A stretch of DNA of 64,000 bases, from contig MU056313.1 in the NCBI GenBank assembly GCA_013239625.1, positions 2,527,786 through 2,591,785 of the forward strand. The letters run 5' to 3'. Origin of the DNA: Lama guanicoe (lineage: Eukaryota). Shown here piece by piece: positions 40,424-53,236 of this stretch. The translations under genes were made by a program, and so were the position numbers. The notes under the pieces were generated by a model that saw only the letters and a program-made list of their open reading frames with translations, ran no database searches and had not been told where the DNA came from. Every line of letters begins with the position of its first letter. Position 1 is the first letter of the stretch.

Positions 40424-43400
40424 GTATGAATTTTGGAGGAAATGGTGTTCACATTACGTTTCCTTTTAAATGATGCCCTCCGAGAGGAAAAAGTGACAAA
40501 TAGAAAAAACTGGAATAAGCCACCAGATGAAGTAGCTATCTTTACTCTCTGAGATTAATTTACATTATCCATGCCGTCCTACATCGAGAAAAAAGAGAAG
40601 TATGCCTAGGCAAACATCTTGTTCAAAGACAAATAGATTCTCATCAGGAAAAATGTGGCTATATCCACGTAAAGTCCGCTTATTTTTTCATTTTTTTATG
40701 AGGAACTTTTGCCAAATGACCATGAATCCAAGAAATTTAAGATGTTAAAGCAAAACAAAATATAGGGTCTATCATTTGAAACAGGTGTCTCTAATCTTAT
40801 AGTTATTGTGAACTTCAATTCCTCAAGGTCTTCACCCAGATCTTATTTTACATCCTTCTTTGATGATCAGTTCTGGCATTCTGTAATTAAGCTGACTCTA
40901 GGGAAAGAGTTTTGTATTATGTAATCATGATGATATTCTGCCTGTGCAGCTGAATTACAAAAGATAAAGGATCTTCCCTTGAGGCAACTCTATCTACGAA
41001 GCTAAATTAATCTAACACTCTGATGCTGACCTGACTATGCCTACTTTCAAAAGCTCCAAAAAAACTGAAATTAAACCAAACCTCCATTGTGCCATATGGA
41101 AAATCTAATCAATAAAAGGATTTTTTGAACCTCTCTTTGGTCAGAAGCTCCCCAAGGTTAGAGAGACAGAGATATATAAATTGAATACCCCTTTTTAAAC
41201 AAGCACCCCTGCTAAGCTAATTATATATCCCCAGAGTTCAACTAATGAAAATGAACTGAAAATATGGTTCTAATTTATGCTTCAGCAAGGTTTCCCCTTT
41301 CAGGAACACCGACTCCTGAAAATGTCCTTCAGGTTTTTCACTGTCTCCATCAGCCTCCATTCATTTCCTTCTTAGTAAAATACATGTAGGATACATATGT
41401 ACATGTGTCTTACAGGACTTCTCAAAGATTTCAATAAAATAATATAGAACAATAATTTGGCACACTGAATTGCTCACAGAGATACTCAGTCAGGTGGGCT
41501 CTGTCATGATCACTGGGTTCGGCACCCCTCCCACCAGCCGGTGCTCAGAAGGCCTCCTGGCCTGTCCTAACAGTGAGACAGAGCTTCCTGGAGACCAGAA
41601 ACGTCTTCCTCACTGCTCTCCATGGGGCATTACATATTACTCTGGATGAAAACTTTATCATCAGCTCAAATACAAACCCCCCCAACCCCAGGAGAAGAAA
41701 CATACTTCAACTTTCAGAGGGAACAAGTTTATCAGATCCTTGTCTGAGACTTTTGACTGGAGGGAGAGAAGAGCATGAGCCTAAAAGCCACTCAGAGCAA
41801 AAAGGGGAGGGCTTCAAACTGAGTAAGATAAGGACAATCACGAAGGCAGAGCCGGTGTGTCTGCTCTTACTCTGAGTTACCCCAGGCGTAGCACACAGCA
41901 GGCGCTCATTAAACAGCTGACGAATGAATGAAAAGAACCGGAGGCCCTAAAGAGAAACAGTTCTAACATGGCAGCCCTGGGGACGCACTCTCAGGCTGGG
42001 GTTCTGCCGCCGCCCCCAGAGGCTGCGTGCACAGCAGAGTGATCCTGAAGGCTGAGGCGGCCCTTCGGGTGAGAGCTCTGCTCTTCAGGGTGCGTGAGTA
42101 CGAGGTAAAAGGGACGAGACAGGCAGTCAGTGCGGGGAGAAGGGACCTGCAACCTGGTGGTGGCTTACCCCCGCATCTGAGGTAGGTGGGTGAGTGACAC
42201 CTCTAAGCATCCTCTCGGATGGAAGGAGAGACCGGAAGAAGGAGGCAGAACAGTTCTCCAGGCAGAGCTGTCACTTGCAGACAGCCCGTGGCAGTAATGC
42301 CCAACCCGCCTGCTTCCTCTAACCCTCAGCAGTTCATCACTTAGAGGCATCACGGGAGCAAAACAGACCATGTGGTGCTTTAAAAAACCAAAAAGGGAAA
42401 TAAATTTAAGGCTCACATACACACATATATTGACCCTCCCCCAATCTCTGATTATCACTGTGACAAATTGGATAGAATTCTGAATTTGTTTTTCTATATA
42501 GCGTACACATCCAAAATTGGACTGCACCTTTTGCACATTTCCATTCAAATTTTTTTCCTAATTTTTTTAAACCCAACTTCATCAATATGAGATGCTAAAA
42601 TATGGGACACATATTTGACCAGAGTGCCAAATCCCCAGTGATCCCTGATCACGTTGCAGTTTCCACTCCAGCATGTGGGCGACTCAGCACGTACGAATTT
42701 CATTAGGCACAGGGTGAGCCAGAGCATCATGGGAGCCTGTGTTTTGCTAATGTCTCTGGTCCAGAGTTGCAGTTTCAAGGCACCTGTCTGAGCTTTACTC
42801 TAGAGGAGGCCCCTTTTGTAGACCTATGAGTATTAATCTATGACTATGGTTATTCTAAGAATTGATTTTAGAAGATACTCCAAATTTTAAATACTCTGGC
42901 CTCTTGTCAGTCATTTATTAGCCCACGTGTCCTGCATTTTGCAGTTAGACAATATGGGTATTTATGATACTACAAACAGGAGAAAGATAAAGAATGAGAA
43001 CAGTTTTGTTTTTTGTTTTTTGTTTTTTTTTAAGGGTGAAGATTGGGTTAAGGGCTAAAGAACTTGGTCAGATGGAGCCTCTGAACATTCCATTAGTTTG
43101 AGTCATGACTAATTCTTACTTGCACCCTCTCCAAGAGGCCAGTGTTTGAAAGGCTCAGGAATAAGAACCATTTCAGTTCTTCCCCTAAAGGACCAAAATG
43201 CTCCTACTCCTTATGAACCTCAGGCCAGATTCCTGCAGGACCAGTGTACGTAACTTGGCACTTCAGGACAGACCTTCCCTATATGACACAGCTAAATGTC
43301 AGCACAGCCTCTCCTATCTGAAAATCCTACAGCATAAACTAGAACAAAATGCAGTGATAAATATCAAACAGTGAATTTAACTTGTAGACTGAGATTGGAG

Positions 43401-46400
43401 AAAGGCTAAATTGTGGTTATGTTTATATTCCTTTTTAGAAAAAAAGTAATACAGAGCTATGCAAAGCGATGTCCTACAAAGAGAGGTTCTTTTTCTTTCT
43501 CCAAAACAGAACCCTACAAATAAAGCCAGCCCCTTCTGGACAACAAAGGTGTGTCAGGCTGAAAAACAGATGTCATTAAATCTTTAAAATGCCATTGTAG
43601 ATGAAGAGTAAAATGTCACTGAGTGATACAATATTTGAGGTTTCATTTCTCAACCCAACTCAAACTTCTGTTATAAGTTATATGACATTTGCTAATGGAA
43701 TAAAATACTCTTTTTCATTTTAAAAGCAATACATACTCATTGGGGAAAAAAGATTTTATCCTACCATCCAAACCCAGCCACAAATAATAAAATGTTAGTG
43801 TCTTTTTTTACAGTTTTTTCCCTAGGAATAGGTTTAGGCTTTGGGGACATTTTCTTACACAGTTACAGTAATAAATGATATAAAATCTTAGTATCTAGAG
43901 TTTTTACTTTTCCATGCTATTATTAAATAGATAAATTTTGATTTTATGAATTTAAACTCAAATCTTAGGGTTAAAAGAAACCTTACAGATTGTTTAGATC
44001 AATCCCCAGCCATTGAATAAACTTCCATACAATTCAGAACTTGGCCCATGAGCAGACAGGTGCATTTTTCTACACAAAGCATTACTCTAGACTAAAGGTA
44101 TGTGTTAGAGTTCTTTGTCCCTCTCTAATGCTTACATTCTCCAATAAAACATTCCCCTCGCCTTTATTTAATATTTGCTGAACAACTCACAATCATAATG
44201 TACTTATCACAACACAGGAAAATACATTTTTCAGAAATAAAAATGCTGTTTTCTAAATGAGAAAATAGTTGTTTCCATCTCCACATAAAAGACTGCATCC
44301 TTTCCATGAAAGATTTGATAATAAAGATATATTGCATGCACAGTCAGGTGGGGTGTGGGTTAAAGTTGTCCTATTTTCATAAAATAACTTTACAATGTTT
44401 TGAGAACTGGACAGCAGCCTACACAAAACAAGTTTTCATAAAATCCCCTTTTCCCCACACTCTTCCCCAGTGAGATATGGGGAAACACTTGAAACAGATC
44501 ACTGAAGAAAAAACAATGATACGGGTGACTTTTCATCTGAGGGGTGAGCATGAGGAGGGGGGAAGGGATTGCTCATAAATTCCAAACATGATTAAATAAA
44601 ACCATCTCCTCAGTTTGGCTTGATATGATCACTTGATAGAGTTTGTTTCCCTTATTTCACCACCATTTTTCTTATAAATAAACAGATCTGCATATTATCA
44701 CACATGTATCAAACATGTTGTTTCTGTTAGTAAGTGCCTCAGTTCTCAGACTGAATCTTTATCCAAGTAAGAAATTGAAAGGTGAAACATCTTTGAATGA
44801 TGTCATTGCTGAGGTCGTTTCAAGGACTTGGGAGATTGTTGTCAAGAGCTGCATTCTCCCTGATGTCAATTGATCTCTGTCAAGTTACTTAGCTTTTACT
44901 CTGGCAGTGCTAGCATTTCATGAATTCAAAATATTATTCCTTAATATAAGCTCCTAACATTTAAAAATAATATTTTAAAATCTAATTAATTACAATGATT
45001 ACTTACTGAATTCCTAAGAGAGAAGAATCACTTGGATGCTTTTGTCTGGGTAGAATAAACACAAGAGCTGGACTGTATTAACTGCTATATAATTTTTTTT
45101 ACCAGTATTTTCCATTACTAATCATTTTCCAAGAAAAAATAAAAAGGAATAAAGTGGAACAGCAAACTTCTAATTGGCTTTGTCTTTTGATTCTGTTTGA
45201 CCATCAACAGTGATGTAAGACTTGGATAGAATGTTGCCTCTCCGTGCCATGTTTAAATTTTTTGTTTACCTTTAGTGTATACACTTCATTGTGCTTTTAT
45301 GGAATGACTCCAGCAGCCCATAAACTAATGCTTTGCAAAGCCTGAATACAAATGTTCGAAGCCTGTGTTAGAAACACTTCCTTTTATGATCTGAGTAGAA
45401 AATAGAGGTTTTTCGGTTTGTTTTTTTTTTTTAACAAATTACACTTTTGTGACCTTTGCGGTAACTAAAACTGAAAATGGCGAAGAAAAAGCTTGGAGTT
45501 GATTAACTTATGTGCTGCTTTTTAGAAGTACTACTAGAGATTATTACTGCACAAATATTTTCAGAGAAGATGCCTCATTTACAGGATAGTTGCTATTCAT
45601 GTGTATCATTTTAAAACTAAGAAGAAATAAGAGCATCAGATTTTGCCCCCATAAAGCCATCATATTACGTTAACTGATCTTTGTAAATTCAATTCTATAC
45701 ATCAAGGTCTTTAAGGTATATCATACTTATCTTTAAAAAAAAAAGATAAATTCCACAAACCTTGAGTCCTTCAGTACTGCCTGATTTACTCTATTAATTA
45801 ACCTGAGAGATTTATATATATAATCCACCAAAACTAAATTAGGCAATTAACCTTCTGTCTTCTTTCATATCCCAAAGAGTAACAAAGCTTTGAATTATGG
45901 CTGTTGTCATTACTTACGATTATTTCCCATTCACTTTTTTCATGCCGTAATAATAGCTAATCATAACAACTCATCATAAAACACAGCCAATCCAAATTCA
46001 TTATTAAATCAGCCAAAACCATCAGTCTGTACCACTATGAATGTTTGACTACACACATTTTCACACGTTCTGGGATTCAGCGTTTTTCTAAAGCCACATG
46101 TGGTTGTTTCGGTCATTCTGCTACCTAATATCAGCAACTACATTGTCACCCAACCAACTCTTAGGCAATGAACCATTATTGTGGAGGGAAAAAATAAAAA
46201 GAATCCATAAGATATTAGCCAATTCAATCATATTATAACCTCGTCGGCTATTGTATTCAACCCAGGCCTTCCTTTCAAGTTCAGGAAGCTGTTAAAACAT
46301 GCTGTCCAAGGTTGAGGAGAGGAAAGCTCCTCTTTATCACATCACAGATTTTCAGGTGCCATGAGATTTGGGGCAGCTGGAGTCCAAGAATCAGCAGGAC

Positions 46401-47631
46401 TAGTGTTTGAAGCTGCACCCCATTTGCCTCATTGTAACTATTAGAGGGCTTTGCCAGGAGACCTAGGTGGGGGAGCAGGGAGCATGTGTGATGACTGCCT
46501 GCCCAGGAGAACAGAAAGGAAGCACCTCGCTGCTTGAGTCCCCGAGGAAGCTGCTGGTGTTCTCCTGTACAAGAGTCGCTACACAAAACTCTGGTTCCAC
46601 CCCTAAGAAATGGATATAATCTCTTTTCTAAAAAGCACCATCCCACAACTCACTCATCTAAAATGACAGGAAGAGAAAAAATGATACGAACAAGACTAGT
46701 CTAAGATCTTTTTATTTTTTAAAAAAACAGTCTCCATTAACATTTCAAATCATCATAAATGTGTGTACTATTTGAGATCTGTTTGAAACACTGGTGGCAG
46801 AGTCACTAAAGTAAAGGAAGTTGATGTGAATGTGTGATTGAAAACTACTGTAAAGATTTATCTTACCAGTTCTGCCAAATGAAAAGATTTGGAAAGGGAA
46901 TCAACTCGTGTGTGTTTTAGCATTCCCTCCTGGTTTTCTTCCGTTGCTTGGAGGAAAAAAAAATTAGTGACTTTACAAAATTATAAATCTACATAAAAAT
47001 TGGAAAACTTGATCACTACATTAAAAGATAAAAGATATAGAGTTTCAGATCATTCAGGTATGTTTCAAACTCAGAGTTTAGGACTGAAGTTTGGGCCTTT
47101 TCCCCGTAAAGCAAAAATTCTTTTGTGAATCATACATTCGCTATCTCTGAATTGCTGGGAATTGCTTAAGTCTTTTTGGGACTAGAGTAAACATAAACAC
47201 ACAACAAGAAATCATCACAATAAAAAAGGAGGCATTTTTATGTATGTTATTCTGCTTTCAAAAAGGAAAAGTCGTTTAACTCTTCATTATTTTTTCTAAA
47301 TTTAAGATTATATCTTAATGCAAATTAAGAATTTTGTTTTTTGTCATAGGTATTAAGAAAAAAATCAGAAAAATGTGGATTATTTAAAATGATTCAGTCC
47401 AGTTACTCATAAATGTTCATTCCCTTTCTGATGGTTTTATTCTCCCATTTCCTACAATGGGGGAAACGTTAATAGAGGAGAAAGCATATGTAATTCCTAC
47501 TTGAGAAAATGTCAAGTAGAATCATTTTTCTAAGCCAAAAATCTCATTTCTGACACAAAATTTCTGTATTCAAATGAGTTCTGTGAGAATGTCTTAAAAG
47601 TCAAAAGAAGTCATTAGGGAGCAGACAAAAG

Positions 47632-47666
47632 GCATTGGTGGTTCAGTGGTAGAATTCTCACCTCCC
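47632..47666 (+). pseudogene. 5' half of tRNA-Gly(CCC), tailless retroposed fragment
   Basis: GCATTGGTGGTTCAGTGGTAGAATTCTCACCTCCC has one mismatch to the recalled tRNA-Gly-CCC 5' 35 nt. It ends at the anticodon and is flanked by the direct repeat CAAAAGG. Confidence 0.85.
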
Positions 47667-47907
47667 AAAAGGTATAATATTCAAATTATTTTATATTTTA
47701 AGTAAGGTCAATCCCTTTGCACCTTAACATTTGTTGGATGAATACAGCATGTGTACAGTCCACGGAGAACGTGTTCCTCCTTTTACCCGGCCATTAATCT
47801 CATAGTGGGTAAAGAAGCCTTGATTAACAAGAGCAATGCTGTCGGTCTGCATTAATGGCTTTGTCGTGCATTCTGTGGCTCTGTGTATTTTGTCTGCCAT
47901 TGTACAG

Positions 47908-48095
47908 GAGTTCAGANNNNNNNNNNNNNNNNNNNNNNNNNNNNNNNNNNNNNNNNNNNNNNNNNNNNNNNNNNNNNNNNNNNNNNNNNNNNNNNNNNNN
48001 NNNNNNNNNNNNNNNNNNNNNNNNNNNNNNNNNNNNNNNNNNNNNNNNNNNNNNNNNNNNNNNNNNNNNNNNNNNNNNNNNNNNNNNNNNNNNNN
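47908..48095 (+). CDS. PDLIM3: PDLIM3 alternative exon 4 (cardiac/smooth-muscle ZM-motif exon), mostly hidden by Ns
   Basis: Acceptor tgtacag|GAG TTC AGA (E-F-R; the recalled human exon starts EFK). The N-run ends just before TAAGT (= [g]taagt donor). Implied 188 nt, phase 0->2, gives exactly 316 aa when joined to exon 7. Confidence 0.85.
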
Positions 48096-48466
48096 NTAAG
48101 TATTCGACTTGGTTTCTGGCCACCATGTTTTAACGGTGATAGTGCGGCTTCTTTTCCTTTCAAAAGTCCAGCTCTTGCTGTTTTATTTTTACTTTCCTGA
48201 AGGCACCATCAGGTTTTTATTTTAAAGACAAGCATCTAGAACATGGTTCTAATGTTCTGGAGTCCAGTCCGCCAGTTCCCGAACATTTAGTGAATAGATG
48301 GTTGAAAGGAAGAAATCGCTCTGGTTCCATCATCACCCTTCTTAGCCATGTCAATATTTGGTGGTAAATAATCCTTTCTGTACAGTTATTGTTTAATTTA
48401 ATCTAAAATATAAGTATATGCATTAATCTTTCACTGAGGGACTTTTTTAACCCTTTGTCTTTACAG

Positions 48467-48534
48467 GATGTGAACTACTTTGAACACAAGCACAATGTTC
48501 GGCCCAAACCTTTCATAATCCCAGGCCGAAGCAG
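48467..48534 (+). CDS. PDLIM3: PDLIM3 alternative exon 5 (DVNYFEHKHNVRPKPFIIPGRS), skeletal-type
   Basis: Acceptor tttgtctttacag|; weak donor AG|gtcata; 68 nt, phase 0->2; matches recalled DGNYFEHKHNIRPKPF. Confidence 0.95.
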
Positions 48535-51500
48535 GTCATAAGCTTTAAGATTGTGAAGTTTGGAGTGCATGCTTCTTTAACAAATCCTGCTAAGCACCAT
48601 GCAATGTAACTCTTAGGTGTTTGGAGTGACTTTTCTCATTTTGAAGCTTATTTCAAAAGCAAAAGAAACAAACGCACTTAGCAAAGAATCGTAGCCAACT
48701 AACCTCCATTTCCGAGAGCAAATACTGACAAGATTACAGTGCTGTGAAATATTATGCAATCCCCGTGTGTATTTATAACTAATGCCCCTGCTGTTCACAG
48801 GATCCCATCCAGAACACGGTGACCTCTGAGGCAGGCAGACATACTCTACCCCAGGGCAGGAAGGCCCAGTCAGAGGGAACAAAAATGAAAACCAGCCCCC
48901 AGTCAGGAGTGAGGAAGCAGGAGACAAAGCTGGGAAGGCTGGTGGAGCTTTGTGTGCTTGAGAGGCTGATTATTTCATCTCAGCACCTGCTTCTCACTGT
49001 GCCCTCAGAGCCCACCAGGTAACCCCACTCATTCTACGTAAAAATACATCTGCATTCTTATGGGTGCTTGCACAGGAAGAGAGGCCACCTGAAAAGGAAC
49101 TATTCCACTTGAGGGGAAATAAGTACAAAGAAAGAAAGGGTTAGGAGGGAGGGAGATTTATTCGGTTATCCTCAGGGGTAACTGTCAGTCAGAAAAACAG
49201 ATCATCAATGATCCTGTTCAGATCTTCTCCAGACATTAAATTCCAACTTACGAGGGAAGAAATTAATGCCCTGTATTGCCACATCACGAAACAGTGACTT
49301 CAAGAACCTCAAACCCATTCCTCTAACTTCAGCTACATCAGTCAGCCCAGAGGAAGGAAGTTGGTGGTTAGGCTAGATTGATCCTAACAAGTTAGAATCA
49401 CTGAATAATGATCTACATCAGGTGTCTCAAATTAGTGGCCTGCAGGTAGTCAATTCGCAGTGTTTTATTTAACCCTCCTGTTGTTTAAAAATATTAAATT
49501 GAGTTAAGTGCTTTAAGATGGAACACCCACTCTCCATCTTGTCAGAATGCCCAGCACTCCTAAGCTATGACACCTGGTCCATTGTCATATACGTGTGACC
49601 CTCCTGGGCCCTGCAGACATCTTAGTTTATGATGCCTGCTGTAGACAGTCAGTCATCACTTGATACATGATTTCCATGTGCTGACCTTTCCATAAGCTAG
49701 AGTCAGGGCCAGAGGATTACTTCAAAATAAGCCAGACAATTTTGTGATACCAGATTCAGAAAGAAGCAATGGAGTAGAAGAGCAGGAGAAAGATGCTTAA
49801 AAAAGGCAATGACCACCAAGTACATCTCCCCCGACTAGAATGTAAACATCATATCCCCAGTACCTAAAAATGAGGCTCGGACAGAGTAAATGCTCCACAG
49901 GTGTTCATTAGGAACAAAATCCCAAGAGTGCCTAATCGTACTTCCTGAGTAGCAAGAAGAGTCAGGAGCTGTCATTCCTCTCTCAGACTTGTTCTACACA
50001 ATCCTTTTTTACTTCTCTTAGTTTTTCCCTATTCCATTTTCAGTTGTTCCGATACCATTTTTCTCTGCATCTTTTCTCCATTTCTCCACAATCAACAGCT
50101 TCCTAACTCCACTCTCAATAACATAAAAAAACATAAAAGCTAAAATGCTCTTTTACTGTTGAATATATATATATATATACACACACATACATCTTCCTTA
50201 AGAAACATAGTGAAACTGATATACTTGCATTCTTTTGAGGTTAGCATAAGTGGAAGTTCACTAACTTGAGCGTTAGGACTTTAGGAGGCTTAAAGAAAAT
50301 AATACATTATAGTTAATACAGATCTTGCTTTTGCTAAAGACCAACAACATTAATAAAAATTCAGGAAAAGTCAGGGAGATTCAGTTATGTAATGCCTTTC
50401 TTTTATATTTTCATTTCAATTCAAACATGGTGATGATGACAAGCCAGTCAATTCTGTCACTGTGAAGTGCCTTTCAGTATAGCTGAATTTGGGAGAGGGG
50501 AGAGGAAAAACAGGGATGAGGGGATCTGCTTAAAAAACAGGTACCAGTACATAAACCTTAAAAAATTGTAAAAATGATTCCGCTATCCTTCCTTTCTTCC
50601 TGTGCCCCCTCACTATTTGCTCAAGTTTCTGAATTTCTTGTTCTTACCAAATGATTCCTCATCAAGGTGGAATTTTGAGTGGCTACTTACCAAGCAATAA
50701 TTACACCATTAATGCACAATTTTTGAATCTGAAGTAAGTTGGAGATGCTAATATGTCCATCTCTGTGGGGTCTTACTACTAGTTAGGGTTCTTTTAATGG
50801 TTTCACCATAAATTGAAGCATTTTAAAAGACCAGTATTTTCCTATGAAAATATGTATATCTTTAAAGTCAAAGCTATCAATAGAAATAAATACAAGGCAT
50901 TTTATAGATCTGAATGATAAAAATACAATCTGGTGAGTGGTTTTTGGACAAGTCCCTGTATGTCCCCAAAAGTCTGTATACACACCAGGTAAATTCGTTC
51001 TCTGTCAAATGATCCATTCAGGTGCACAGCAGTAATGGGGGTATCATCAGCCTTAGGGGTTGCCAGGTCAGTAAGTCAACGTCAAGAAATCTTGATAATA
51101 ATCCAGGTCACAGGAACAGGTCATGGTGACCCATGATGATCTCCACAGTGACTGGAGTCAATGAAAACTATTCTGTTTAGAGCATCAGTTCACAAGATCT
51201 TTTAAAATTGTCCCAGAAATTTATAAAAAGAGAATTCTTGTTTGCTTAGGGTTTGTTTCCTATCTATTCAATTAGACATGGGCCCTAAATAGAATGATAA
51301 AGAAACTAGGAAACAGAAGACACAATCTCTGCTTAAATAAAGTTATACACGTAAGCATGCATGGATGCAAGAACACGAAAAACAGAAAAAGACAACACTA
51401 ACCACAACTGTAAAATAAGGTATGTCTGGTATCTGTAGGTTCTGAGTTGGTCATAGTTTGCCTCTGCTCCGTCTAGCACTACGCCTGGCTCACAGGAAGG

Positions 51501-53236
51501 TCAGAGCAGTTATAAATGCTTGTCAAAAAGTTCACTGTTTGGAGCCCAAGTCTCCCAATATTTAACTCAGTGTCTCAAATCCCTAAATTACAATTTAATA
51601 AACTTCACCATACTGAGGTCCATCAATATAATCCTGACTAAACTGCAGATAACTGAAATTTTATTTCTGTTCTTTTACCAAATGAAGTCGATTTCAGCAG
51701 CCAGGATAGCGTGGAGTCTATGAAACCACTTGACATTTTTGTATGGGATCAGTTGACAGATTGAGTTTCAAACAGGTTCTCAACAGTCAGGAAGTAAAAG
51801 AGCAAGTTCATATTTACCTGCCTTGTTTAGTCTGTGTAGATGGTTGAATTGGATAGCACAATACCAAAAAAATTTGTTTAATTCATTTAGTGACATGGGT
51901 TGCCCAGACTAATCAGGCTGCAACACTGATAAAGCCAACAAAATCAGTTTTCAGTACGTCCTTCTGGTTTTTGCTCTCTGTATGAGGCTGAGGTTGGCAT
52001 TAGCAGTCCTAGAAATCAAATGCAGATACGAGGCTATACCTGAGCCCTAAGAGAACAATGACCTCGAGATAAACGCACCATATAAATTGTTCTCTGGCCT
52101 GAGTTTACAGCAACACTAACCTGCAGGCATGATAGAAGTTTACATTAATAGTTCTTTTGGCTTTGTCTTAAATGACTGTGCTTTAAAATATATATATAAT
52201 ATATTCCATTTTCTCAAAAAATGAATTTCTCATGCTGACCTTAAACTGCATGTAGAAAAAGGACATTTTAGTCATCAGCATGTCAGCTGTGACTAACCTC
52301 CTATCTATAGAGAATTCTGTTTATAGAGACTATGAAATTTCTGTAGTTGTTCTTAAAGTTGCATGACTGGCTTTTCTGATGGTTTAATAAGTTCCCTTAA
52401 GGGGTATTAAAAGGAAATGAGAAATATGCATGGAAGTATATGTGTGCTTTACAAAATTTTACATATAGCTATGTATAAAAGAAATATATCTTAGCCCTAT
52501 GTACCATCCAAAGAGACTGAGATCACCTTATTTGCCCTCTAATCATTAATTTCAAGGTGACAAGCATTTATTGGCTGCTTGTAGAGCCTACATTAAATCA
52601 TTGAACAATTTTTAAAGTGTAGTATTCACAAAAAGAATGAAAATAGAAAAAGATAAAATGGTAACAATAAAACATTTCCAAAATAGTCTTGAAACATTAT
52701 CTTTATTACACAACCTACAAGTTGCCTATTGCCATTCAATTAAAGCCCAATTGCATTTCTGAAAATACTTATTGTGACATGTGTAGCCTAAATATTTGAT
52801 TGGATCTTCATGTTGCATATTCAGTTACTCTTTGTGAAGGATCATTCATTAGAATTTCAGTTTTAAATACTGCAGCTCAGAAATGTAAAAGGGTGTCCAG
52901 CCAAGGTAACTTTTCTGAACCGCTTACTTCATGCACAACTCTTTATATGTGTAACTCTCGCCTAATAGAACATACTGTCTAAAAGAACAGAGCCAAAAAA
53001 TGCAACATCACCTGTAACTTCTAATTTCGTTAAACTTTTCTCAATCATGAATTTTTAAACGTCTTCCCTTTTAAAGTAAAGTCTAGCCAGAAAGAAACAT
53101 TTCTTTTTAATTTGATTTGCTTCACCTCTTACTTTTTGCCTTCAATTCCTTTTAACCTCTCTGTACTTGTTCTCTGTGTTCTGTCTGGACTTTCTGGTTT
53201 CTGTGTCACGTCTGTGTAACGTGTTCATTAACACAG

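Noticed and set aside
47632-47705. Functional tRNA-Gly gene
   Set aside because: No 3' half, B box or acceptor-stem complement.
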